DNA of 64,000 nt from an uncultured Candidatus Saccharibacteria bacterium (GTDB taxonomy: Bacteria; Patescibacteriota; Minisyncoccia; Phycocordibacterales; UBA5272), in the NCBI GenBank assembly GCA_964512315.1, contig CAZEIK010000004.1:8198-72197 (forward strand), in the 5' to 3' direction. Every line of letters begins with the position of its first letter. The first letter of the stretch is position 1. Shown piece by piece: positions 40,041-47,999 of this stretch. The notes beneath the pieces were generated by a model, which saw only the letters and a program-made list of their open reading frames with translations, had not been told where the DNA came from and made no database searches. Position numbers and translations under genes: made by a program.

Positions 40041-41093
40041 TTAAATTAATCTCGACATTGCTAGGCCTATTGCATGTGAGAAGCTTGGAGAAATATCAAT
40101 CAAGTTTTGTCTTAAAGATTCTGGAACTTCAACTCTTTCAAAAGGTCTAGATACTTTTACCTCTACTCCTAACTCTTGGGCGAATAATTCTTGCAAACCT
40201 TTTGTACGGGCCCCGCCTCCTGTTAACCAGACCTCAGTACATTTTGTAGTATACCTCGTCTCAAAGCGAGAACGTATGTGTATAACTTCGTCAATTACCC
40301 TCCTAGCAGCAAATACAGCCACATCTCGGAGTAGCGGCATATTGTTAGAACCTAGAATGCCGAACTCTTTTTTAGTTAACTCCGCTTCCGCAAAAGTCAT
40401 ACCCATAGACTCACGAATATGCTCAGTAATACTGTACACACCTTTCATTGTACTTTCTGCGCCATACAAGACACCCTCGTATACAAAAGCCACACTTGTT
40501 AATGTTGCACCAAGGTCTATGATCAGTGTTGGATTATTCTTATCTATTGGTGTCGCGCGTAATGTGCCGAATATGCCCGGCTCAATAGTAACCTCAGCCT
40601 CTGGGACCAAGTTGTCGACCACTCTGTGCATCATCTCTACCGCTGACTGCTTAGCAGCAAGAACTAATACATTAATAGTGTCGTCTTTCTGATGTGGATG
40701 TGGTGGCAGCTTCTCATAAGATACAGACAAGTCAGCATAAGGCACATTCATATATCTACGAACCTCTATCGGCACAACTGTATCCAGTATTTCTTCTGCA
40801 GCTCGCGGCACTGTTATATGCAGTAATTGGCACGCACTCATAGGGAGGCCTACTGTAATGTTTTTAGATATTGCTTTGGAAGCTTTGTATATGTCAGTAA
40901 CTGCGAATTTTAATTTGTCCTCACCGAGCTTGGTTATCTCACCCGACTCACGTCCTCCATAGGTACCTACCATCTCTTCTGCATAAGTACCCAACTCTAG
41001 GACATTACCTTTTTTATATAACTCTACAAGCTTGATACCTGTGTCACCAATATCCAAGCCTACATTCATATTGGATTGTGTATCGAATAGCAT
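40041..41093 (-). CDS. pilM: PilM (actin-like ATPase of the pilus alignment complex)
   Basis: 350 aa. N-terminal VGLDIGDTGIKLVEL phosphate-1 motif of the actin/HSP70 fold. Confidence 0.85.
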   Translation of the reverse strand: MLFDTQSNMNVGLDIGDTGIKLVELYKKGNVLELGTYAEEMVGTYGGRESGEITKLGEDKLKFAVTDIYKASKAISKNITVGLPMSACQLLHITVPRAAEEILDTVVPIEVRRYMNVPYADLSVSYEKLPPHPHQKDDTINVLVLAAKQSAVEMMHRVVDNLVPEAEVTIEPGIFGTLRATPIDKNNPTLIIDLGATLTSVAFVYEGVLYGAESTMKGVYSITEHIRESMGMTFAEAELTKKEFGILGSNNMPLLRDVAVFAARRVIDEVIHIRSRFETRYTTKCTEVWLTGGGARTKGLQELFAQELGVEVKVSRPFERVEVPESLRQNLIDISPSFSHAIGLAMSRLI

Positions 41094-41110
41094 CTTGGTT
41101 TTAAGTATAC

Positions 41111-41139
41111 AAAACCCTCGCGTGGGATGCGAGGGTTTT
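41111..41139. terminator. Bidirectional rho-independent terminator
   Basis: aaaaccctcgc-gtgggat-gcgagggtttt: an 11-bp G/C-rich stem with flanking A and T runs. It separates the small basic gene from pilM. Confidence 0.7.
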
Positions 41140-41160
41140 GTCTTCCGAAGATGTTGAGAA

Positions 41161-41307
41161 CTATTTTCTCTTTGCAGTCTTCTTAGCAGCTTTTTTAGCT
41201 ACTTTCTTAACTGCTTTCTTCACAGCTTTCTTAGCAACTTTCTTAACAGCTTTTTTAACTGCTTTCTTAGCTACTTTTTTAACTGCTTTCTTTTTTGTTA
41301 CTGCCAT
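41161..41307 (-). CDS. Small Lys/Ala-repeat basic protein (histone H1-like / Hc1-like tail protein)
   Basis: Not in the ORF track (below 60 aa). Minus-strand translation from ATG 41307 to TAG 41161 reads MAVTKKKAVKKVAKKAVKKAVKKVAKKAVKKAVKKVAKKAAKKTAKRK (48 aa). That is five to six AVKKVAKK repeats. The +-strand 61-aa FLATFL ORF (41138..41323) is its mirror. Confidence 0.65.
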   Translation of the reverse strand: MAVTKKKAVKKVAKKAVKKAVKKVAKKAVKKAVKKVAKKAAKKTAKRK

Positions 41308-41485
41308 AGTATATGTAATGTAAAACTTGCGAGAGTGCTAGCATTGATTTGACCATGATCACTCACTCTCAATCATAAGTATCACATGCAAAAAATTTTT
41401 GTGTTACTACTTTTTTAATTTTAATTGTGGATAACTCAAAATTTTTAAATTTGATACAAATGCAAGCGCTTCGCACTTGCATTTA

Positions 41486-43450
41486 TTAGAATCCTAATAA
41501 TGCATCTAGCGCTCGCGTAAATATTGCATCGCCTCCCAGCTTAGCCATCTCACCTTTAGGTAATCTAAAGAAATGTCTAATCATTGCAGATCTTCTTCTG
41601 CGCATCATACGACGAGCCTTCTTCATAAGCTTCTTCTTTAACTTGATTTCTTTTTCATTAGACTCAGGCATATCATTGATCCACTCTCTTGCCTTCGCAA
41701 TGTCTTCTTTAGGGTCACCGAGCGACTCGTTAACATTTTTCTGATCATGATAAGTGAGACCGCTCTTGTGTTTTTCAAAAGGTGTGTACAATTTTTGTAT
41801 CCATCCACCTTTTTCTTGTACAGCTTCTTGTTTAGCTTTGAATTCGAGCTTGCTATTAGCCTCCTCCATATTTATTTGTCTTATCTTGTCTTCAATCTTT
41901 TCAATAACCTCTTCTGCAGCATGGAGCTTCTCCATAACTTCTTTTTCTTTGGCGACTCTCTTTTTATCTACTGCTTCTTTTAATTTTGCTATGCGAGATT
42001 CGGCTTTGTCCAAAATGCTTCTAATCATTGTTCTGGTTGGCTCATTCTCAGGCGTATCAGGCAAAAGGTCTAATTCATCTTGAGCCTCTCTTACCGCTAT
42101 TTCTTCTGCATCTACTAAAATAGTAAATGTCGCCTTTTGCCCATCATCAAAGGACTTGCCTATATCCCTTTTATCACCTTCTTCTTTTACTTGTTTCTCT
42201 ATTAGTACAAGCCTATCAGAAATCTGTCTAGCATTTTCTCTCTGGTCTTTTGCCTCTGGTCTACCCTCAACTTTTTCTCTTAATTGAAAGATCAAGCTAG
42301 CCGCGAACCCTAACCTTCTCTCTAACTCGCTTATCTGTGCGGCAGTCTTTATATCTATTGGAGCTACTGCTGACATACCAAGAACCTTCTCTGTTAAAAG
42401 AGTTTGTATTTCTACCGACACAGCCTCTTGCGCAGCCAACTCATTAATAAATGGCTCCTTATCTGCGTCATCCAACTTCTTATCTTTTTTAAGTGCTTCT
42501 TCTAGTCTTGCTTTTACTTTTGATAAGTCCGCCTCCACTTTATCTAAGCCTTCATTAAGATGATTCCTGGTCTCTGCAAATTCATCGAAAGAATGCTCGA
42601 GCGCGTGCTCAACTCTTTTTAATAGTGGACCAGCACCATATGCAGCATCTCTAGATAAGAAAGCCTCCCAGTTCATCTCTTCTCCCGCAGGAACGTCTTC
42701 GAACTGTTTTCTAATTTTAAGAACTTGGTCCATTAGTCCTTTTTGCGCAGGGTCATCTACGTCTAACTTCATCTTGCCCTCCTTCTTGCCAAGCTTCTTA
42801 GCGTTACCAATTGCTGCCGCATACTCATACAACACACCCTCAAGCTCCACAGCGAACAACTCTTTCTCCGCATCCGAAATACTGCCGCCATGCGCAGCAG
42901 ATTCTATTCTCTTCATTAATGTTACGAGCTTGGTAAGAGATGTGCCTAATGTTCCGGTTACATCCCTAAGAAGCTCAGCTTTCTTTTTCGCTAAGGCTTC
43001 TGGACTACCGTTTTCAATACTTTTCCAAACTGAAGCAAAATCCAAATCATACTCTCTTCTTTTTGCTTCTAAAAACTTATTGATATCAGTTTTGAGTGTC
43101 ACCAACCCAGCCGAGTCAGCCCTCTTTTGATCTTCATTAAGACTGGCGTCAGATCTAACATTTTCTTCCGCGGTAGATATACTACTAAAAACACTCTGGA
43201 CATTATTTAAAAGGCCTTCAATACCTATCAGAATTTGAGTCCTAGCATCTTCTTCACTTATTTCTTTTGCGTCTACTTTTCCTTTATTTTCTTTTAGAAG
43301 AGTAGCCAAACTTGTCCCGAAAGCATTAATTTGATTTTCATAATTTCTTCTAGCTTCTTTTGTATGCGGGCCTCCTTCTGGTTGTTTCTTTTTTTTATTG
43401 CCTGGATTGTTGCTTGGATTATTCTGTTGTGGTGCTCCTCCTAATGCCAT
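41486..43450 (-). CDS. Large coiled-coil hypothetical protein with a Lys-rich disordered N-terminal tail
   Basis: 654 aa. N-terminus PGNKKKKQPEGGPHTKEARR. Extensive charged heptad-like sequence. Arg-rich C-terminus (MMRRRRSAMIRHF). Confidence 0.5.
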   Translation of the reverse strand: MALGGAPQQNNPSNNPGNKKKKQPEGGPHTKEARRNYENQINAFGTSLATLLKENKGKVDAKEISEEDARTQILIGIEGLLNNVQSVFSSISTAEENVRSDASLNEDQKRADSAGLVTLKTDINKFLEAKRREYDLDFASVWKSIENGSPEALAKKKAELLRDVTGTLGTSLTKLVTLMKRIESAAHGGSISDAEKELFAVELEGVLYEYAAAIGNAKKLGKKEGKMKLDVDDPAQKGLMDQVLKIRKQFEDVPAGEEMNWEAFLSRDAAYGAGPLLKRVEHALEHSFDEFAETRNHLNEGLDKVEADLSKVKARLEEALKKDKKLDDADKEPFINELAAQEAVSVEIQTLLTEKVLGMSAVAPIDIKTAAQISELERRLGFAASLIFQLREKVEGRPEAKDQRENARQISDRLVLIEKQVKEEGDKRDIGKSFDDGQKATFTILVDAEEIAVREAQDELDLLPDTPENEPTRTMIRSILDKAESRIAKLKEAVDKKRVAKEKEVMEKLHAAEEVIEKIEDKIRQINMEEANSKLEFKAKQEAVQEKGGWIQKLYTPFEKHKSGLTYHDQKNVNESLGDPKEDIAKAREWINDMPESNEKEIKLKKKLMKKARRMMRRRRSAMIRHFFRLPKGEMAKLGGDAIFTRALDALLGF

Positions 43451-43479
43451 ATATTAGAAAGTATATCACAAGCAAAATG

Positions 43480-43962
43480 TTAAGCTCTAGGTTTTTTACA
43501 CTTTGGAGTCTTACACATACACCCCTTCTCGGCTATGTATTCGTCAAAGAATTCTTGTCCATAGTCATACACTATCTCGTCTCCTGCTTGTATATTTTTC
43601 CTAGCTACTATAAACACGCGACCTTTCTTGATCTCACTCTCAGCATTACCATCACAGCTGTGGTTACAATATCTTGCTATATTCCATCTTGGTGATCCGT
43701 CTATTGTCTTGTCGCGGTGTATTTCAAATAGATACATATTCGGCTTGGCCTCGCGTGAGTCTTTGCCTAACAAAATATTACCTGTGTACTCGATAATAAC
43801 CTCACCCTTTTTAATATCCTCATCGGCGAAAAGCCCGAGTCCGTCTATACCACGCCTCGCTTTTACTTTTTTAAATATATGATTCCTGTCGGCCTTACTT
43901 AACTTTGACTGTGTTTTTTGCATTTTGTTGTATATTTGTATCACAAAACTTAACACTTTCAA
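43480..43962 (-). CDS. SET-domain protein-lysine methyltransferase (bacterial SET with post-SET Cys cluster)
   Basis: 160 aa. GLGLFADEDIKKGEVIIEYTG. NHSC(D)GN pseudoknot motif. Catalytic Tyr context (EIVYDY). C-terminal CMCKTPKC post-SET zinc motif. Confidence 0.75.
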   Translation of the reverse strand: MKVLSFVIQIYNKMQKTQSKLSKADRNHIFKKVKARRGIDGLGLFADEDIKKGEVIIEYTGNILLGKDSREAKPNMYLFEIHRDKTIDGSPRWNIARYCNHSCDGNAESEIKKGRVFIVARKNIQAGDEIVYDYGQEFFDEYIAEKGCMCKTPKCKKPRA

Positions 43963-43965
43963 AAT

Positions 43966-44250
43966 TTATGGCCAAAAAATAGGATCCCTACTTTGGTGTA
44001 TAACTTTTAAAATTCTAACCTCTTTATTTTTTATTTCATAAAATATACAAAATGGAAAGTTTATAAAGTTAATTCTTCTTACGTCGTCATATCTTGTACG
44101 ATACATTGCTGGCTGAGATGACAGACTACTCTCTATTTTTAACAACTCTAATTTAAAATTATTTAAGACTTTAATATCTATATTTTTATAGAATAAAATT
44201 ATATCCAGTAAATCATTCCTAGATATCTCGTTATAGACAACTTTATACAT
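43966..44250 (-). CDS. Type II toxin, RelE/ParE family
   Basis: 94 aa. ParE-like pattern (…YRTRYDDVRR…FCIFYEI…VRILKVIHQSRD). Confidence 0.7.
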   Translation of the reverse strand: MYKVVYNEISRNDLLDIILFYKNIDIKVLNNFKLELLKIESSLSSQPAMYRTRYDDVRRINFINFPFCIFYEIKNKEVRILKVIHQSRDPIFWP

Positions 44251-44260
44251 TTAAAATGAA

Positions 44261-44410
44261 TTATAGACCAAGACTAGAAAAAATATCTTTACTGCTATAC
44301 TTTTTAGAATTCTTTTTAGAGAACAAAGCCCTAGAAATCTCAACTTCTTTTTTGAGGCTACTCGAAATTTTTTGTATAAAAACCTCAACTTTTGAACTTT
44401 GTTTTAACAT
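44261..44410 (-). CDS. Putative small ORF upstream of the ParE-like toxin (candidate antitoxin, speculative)
   Basis: 49-aa minus-strand ORF (MLKQSSKVEVFIQKISSSLKKEVEISRALFSKKNSKKYSSKDIFSSLGL) ending 10 nt before the toxin start. No RHH/Phd-like motif is recognisable. Confidence 0.2.
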   Translation of the reverse strand: MLKQSSKVEVFIQKISSSLKKEVEISRALFSKKNSKKYSSKDIFSSLGL

Positions 44411-44445
44411 ATACATATTATAGCATATTTGATATTATAGTTAAC

Positions 44446-46635
44446 ATGAACAAAGATATAGAAAATCTAAAGAAGCCATACGAGGCTAAGTCAGTCGAAG
44501 CGGACATATACGAAGCTTGGCAGAAGTCAGGATATTTCACTCCAGAAAACTTGCCTAATGTAAAAAAGGATGCCGACGGCAAAGAAAAAGCTTATACAAT
44601 AATACTACCACCGCCAAATGTTACAGGTACACTGCATTGTGGACACGCCCTTATGCTTGCAATAGAAGACTCATTGGTAAGATTCAAAAGAATGAACGGA
44701 TACAGAACTCTGTGGCTACCAGGTACAGATCACGCTGCCATATCTACACAATCAGTTGTCGAGAAGAAAATATACAAAGAGGAAGGCAAAACTAGACATG
44801 ACCTTGGGCGTGAAGAAATGATGAAGAGAATCAATTCTTTTGCTATGGAGTCACAAAGCACAATAATATCTCAGTTTAAAGATATGGGTGCGTCACTAGA
44901 TTGGACAAGGTTAGCTTTTACTTTAGACGACACTAGGAATCGTGCGGTTAATACAATGTTCAAAAAGATGTATGACGACGGACTAGTATACAAAGGCAAC
45001 CGAATCGTAAACTGGGACCCGAAAGGACAAACAACAATATCAGACGATGAGATTGTATATGTAGAAGAAAAAACTAAATTTTACTATTTTAAATATGGAC
45101 CATTTGTAATTGGTACAGCGAGACCAGAGACAAAATTTGGAGACAAGTATGTAGTAATGAACCCTAACGACAAAAGATACGACCAATATAAACACGGCGA
45201 CAAGTTAACTGTCGAATGGATTAATGGACCTATTGAGGCAACTATTATAAAAGATGAGTCAGTTGATCCAGAATTTGGAACAGGAGTAATGACCATAACA
45301 CCTTGGCACTCTGTCGTTGACTTTGAGTTGGCACAAAAATACAACTTAGAATACGAGCAAATCATAGATAAATACGGAAAGCTTCTACCTATTGCAGAAG
45401 AATTTGCTGGCACAAAAATAAAAGAAGCTCGTGAAAAAATAGTAGAGAAATTAGCGAACAAAGGACTCTTGGTTAATAAAGATGGTCAAACTATAACAAT
45501 AGAGCAAATAGAAGACTATACACATAATATATCTACAGCTGAAAGAACTGGTGGAATAATCGAGCCTCAAATAATGAAGCAATGGTTCGTAGCAGTAAAC
45601 AAAGAGTTTGACCACTTTGGTAACAAAACTACACTTAAGAAACTAATGCACGAAGCTGTCTCTCTCGGTGAGATAAAAATAATGCCTGAGAGATACGACA
45701 AGGTTTATCATCACTGGATAGACAATCTGCGAGACTGGTGTATTAGTCGCCAAATATGGTACGGTCATCGTGTTCCAGTGTGGTACGACGAGAGCGACAA
45801 CATAGTTGCGGTAGGAGAAAATCCAAACAACGACAAATACAAACAAGATGAGGATACGCTAGATACTTGGTACTCAAGTGGTATGTGGACATTCTCTACT
45901 CTTGGCTGGCCTGATGCGACACCTGACTTTATCAAATACCACCCTACTGACGTACTTGAAACTGGTTACGACATACTCTTTTTCTGGGTTGCACGCATGA
46001 TACTATTCTCTACTTACGCTCTTAACCAAGTTCCATTTAAAAATGTTTATCTACATGGACTAGTTCTGGATGCCAAGGGTAAGAAAATGAGTAAGTCTGT
46101 TGGTAATGTATTAGACCCTCGTGACATGATAGAAAAATTTGGAACTGACGCTCTTCGTATGGGATTAATGGTTGGTAATGGTGTTGGTAATGATTTAAAA
46201 TTATCCGAAGATAAAGTCAAAGCTTACAAGCTTTTCGCCAACAAGATATGGAATGCGGCGAGGTTCGTAATGGAAAAGACCGAAGGGTACAAAGAAGTAG
46301 AATTAACAACCGAAGATAAGGCTTTGTATGATTCTTGGCAAGAAAAGCTGAGAGACATAACTAGTGACATAGAAGAATTCAGGCTACACCTTGCTAGTGA
46401 AAAGTTGTACGACTATTTCTGGAAGACTTTCTGTGATCAAATAATCGAAACACACAAGAAACGCATCATGGACAATGTTGACGCAGACTCTGCCAAGACA
46501 CTGCTACGCACAATACTACGTGAGAACATTGTCGCCCTACATCCATTCATGCCATTTATAACAGAAGAGTTGTGGAAATACGCCGGCAACAGCGATAACT
46601 TGCTGATAATACAACCTTGGCCTATCCACAGTTAA
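44446..46635 (+). CDS. valS: Valine--tRNA ligase (compact form lacking the C-terminal coiled-coil)
   Basis: PPPNVTGTLHCGHAL (HIGH) and KMSKSVGN (KMSKS). Homology begins at MNKDIENLKKPYE (ATG 44446). The ORF-track start at 44392 looks like an over-extension. Confidence 0.85.
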   Translation: MNKDIENLKKPYEAKSVEADIYEAWQKSGYFTPENLPNVKKDADGKEKAYTIILPPPNVTGTLHCGHALMLAIEDSLVRFKRMNGYRTLWLPGTDHAAISTQSVVEKKIYKEEGKTRHDLGREEMMKRINSFAMESQSTIISQFKDMGASLDWTRLAFTLDDTRNRAVNTMFKKMYDDGLVYKGNRIVNWDPKGQTTISDDEIVYVEEKTKFYYFKYGPFVIGTARPETKFGDKYVVMNPNDKRYDQYKHGDKLTVEWINGPIEATIIKDESVDPEFGTGVMTITPWHSVVDFELAQKYNLEYEQIIDKYGKLLPIAEEFAGTKIKEAREKIVEKLANKGLLVNKDGQTITIEQIEDYTHNISTAERTGGIIEPQIMKQWFVAVNKEFDHFGNKTTLKKLMHEAVSLGEIKIMPERYDKVYHHWIDNLRDWCISRQIWYGHRVPVWYDESDNIVAVGENPNNDKYKQDEDTLDTWYSSGMWTFSTLGWPDATPDFIKYHPTDVLETGYDILFFWVARMILFSTYALNQVPFKNVYLHGLVLDAKGKKMSKSVGNVLDPRDMIEKFGTDALRMGLMVGNGVGNDLKLSEDKVKAYKLFANKIWNAARFVMEKTEGYKEVELTTEDKALYDSWQEKLRDITSDIEEFRLHLASEKLYDYFWKTFCDQIIETHKKRIMDNVDADSAKTLLRTILRENIVALHPFMPFITEELWKYAGNSDNLLIIQPWPIHS

Positions 46636-46705
46636 AAATAGTATTTGTCTAGTAAGTGGTGAAATTTGTTTTATACTACAAGTATTAAAATAAATTTATT
46701 TCACC

Positions 46706-47245
46706 ATGCTTAAAGACAAAAAAACTTTTTTTGAGAGACTCGCTGGCTCTATAACTGTTGAGGATGACGATGACGAAGTTGTAGACATTAACAACGAGGA
46801 TTTTGACGAAGAAGTTGAGGAGTTACCAGTCAAATCCTCAACTCGCCGTGCACCAGCCGCAACTACAACCAAGAGGCCAGTACACGCAACCGTTGAAGAT
46901 GAGTACGAAGAAGAGGAAGGTGAATTATCAGTCGACGTATATCAGACACAAAATGAAATAATAATCGAAGCCATGGTAGCTGGTGTTAAGCCAGAAGACC
47001 TTCATCTATCTATTACTCGCGACATGGTTACAATCAAGGGTCGCCGTGAAGCTAATGGCCAGATAGCAGATGATGATTATTTCTATCGCGAGCTATACTG
47101 GGGTAACTTTTCTCGCACCATACTACTACCGCATGAGATAGAAATAGAAGAGGCGGAGGCAGTTGAAAAGCATGGACTACTTATAATCAGAATGCCAAAG
47201 GTAGACAAAGCAAGACAAGCCAAGATCAAAGTTAAAAGTATATAG
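46706..47245 (+). CDS. Hsp20/alpha-crystallin small heat-shock protein
   Basis: 179 aa. Acidic N-terminal region, then an alpha-crystallin domain (SVDVYQT…IEAMVAGVKPEDLHLSI…). Confidence 0.8.
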   Translation: MLKDKKTFFERLAGSITVEDDDDEVVDINNEDFDEEVEELPVKSSTRRAPAATTTKRPVHATVEDEYEEEEGELSVDVYQTQNEIIIEAMVAGVKPEDLHLSITRDMVTIKGRREANGQIADDDYFYRELYWGNFSRTILLPHEIEIEEAEAVEKHGLLIIRMPKVDKARQAKIKVKSI

Positions 47246-47250
47246 AAAAT

Positions 47251-47278
47251 AAAATCTCTCACATCAGTGAGAGATTTT
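47251..47278. terminator. Bidirectional rho-independent terminator
   Basis: aaaatctctcac-atca-gtgagagatttt: a perfect 12-bp stem. It serves hsp20 on the + strand and tRNA-Phe on the - strand. Confidence 0.7.
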
Positions 47279-47284
47279 ATTTTG

Positions 47285-47360
47285 TGGTGCTTGGACCCAG
47301 GCTCGAACTGGGGACCTATTCCTCTTCAGGGAAGCGCTCTACCAACTGAGCTATCCAAGC
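47285..47360 (-). tRNA. tRNA-Phe (anticodon GAA), CCA encoded
   Basis: Hand-folded. Acceptor GCTTGGA/TCCAAGC; D-arm GCTC-AGTTGGTA-GAGC; anticodon loop CUGAAGA; T-arm CCCAG-TTCGAGC-CTGGG; 3' ACCA. Confidence 0.8.
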
Positions 47361-47382
47361 TTCCCCAACATAATATCACAAA

Positions 47383-47667
47383 TTAATTCGTATTTAAAGA
47401 GGTAAAAAACTCTTTGAATCTAGAGACAATAGGAACAACTTCACTGAATCTACTGACAGCGTCATCTGTTGCATGTGTGTCTCCAGTAAAAATATCCATG
47501 ATCGGTTGCAAGTAGTAGTAAGCACCAAAAACAAAACCGAGTACCACTACCCAATACACAGTCTTCATCGCTAGCCCAACATTAGCATGTGTCTTAAGTG
47601 AGCGGAGCATCTTATTGTTCTCCTTGGTTAGCTTGAGCAGCTCTTCAATTTGTTCTTGATTGTTCAT
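47383..47667 (-). CDS. Small single-pass membrane protein (hypothetical)
   Basis: 94 aa from the internal Met (MNNQEQIEELLKL…). The longer ORF-track version (to 47775) would overlap the tRNA-Arg gene and is rejected. Confidence 0.4.
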   Translation of the reverse strand: MNNQEQIEELLKLTKENNKMLRSLKTHANVGLAMKTVYWVVVLGFVFGAYYYLQPIMDIFTGDTHATDDAVSRFSEVVPIVSRFKEFFTSLNTN

Positions 47668-47688
47668 GTGATATAGTATAGCGATATT

Positions 47689-47760
47689 GCCCTCGTAGTT
47701 CAATGGATAGAACAGTCCCGTCCTAAGGGATTGATGTGGGTTCGATTCCTGCCGAGGGCA
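47689..47760 (+). tRNA. tRNA-Arg (anticodon CCU)
   Basis: Hand-folded. Acceptor GCCCTCG/CGAGGGC; D-arm GTTC-AATGGATA-GAAC; anticodon stem GTCCC/GGGAT with loop GUCCUAA; T-arm GTGGG-TTCGATT-CCTGC. Confidence 0.75.
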
Positions 47761-47761
47761 C

Positions 47762-47808
47762 AAAAGACAAAACACCCATCTAACACAGTGATGGGTGTTT
47801 TGTCTTTT
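47762..47808. terminator. Strong rho-independent terminator after tRNA-Arg
   Basis: Perfect 19-bp stem aaaagacaaaacacccatc / gatgggtgttttgtctttt with a 9-nt loop. Confidence 0.75.
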
Positions 47809-47999
47809 GTGATATTTAGGAGTAAGACACCTAAGTGTCTTACGTCAGGAATCGAATACGGGGTCGCGAAATAAGGAGTGAAGCGACTATATTTTGTGAC
47901 CGAATTTCCTGCCGACATAAAATATAAAAATAAAAAACGGCCTCCTTGTGGGAAGCCGGTTTGTGGGACTCAGCGTTGTTCCGCCGAGCTTTGTTCTGG

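Noticed and set aside
41138-41323. +-strand 61-aa ORF (MSSEDVENYFLFAVFLAAFLATFLTAF…) from the ORF track
   Set aside because: It is the reverse-strand mirror of the AVKKVAKK-repeat gene, since GCT/TTT/CTT codon repeats read as AKK on the other strand. A secreted or membrane FLATFL repeat protein without a start context is far less plausible than the basic-protein reading, which has terminators on both sides.
44392-44445. Upstream ATG for valS giving an 18-aa N-terminal extension
   Set aside because: No similarity to ValRS before MNKDIENL. The extension is hydrophobic or aromatic junk. The real start is most likely 44446.
47667-47918. N-terminal 36 aa of ORF 47383..47775 and the 72-aa ORF 47700..47918
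   Set aside because: They overlap the +-strand tRNA-Arg(CCU) gene and its 19-bp-stem terminator. The membrane-protein gene was restarted at the internal Met (47667) and the 72-aa ORF discarded.
47810-47935. Possible small RNA between the tRNA-Arg terminator and the GC island (hairpin gtaagacac-ctaa-gtgtcttac at ~47822–47843 plus imperfect inverted repeats)
   Set aside because: No promoter or terminator context and no recognisable Rfam-like motif. It could equally be an integration scar. The evidence is insufficient to call a feature.
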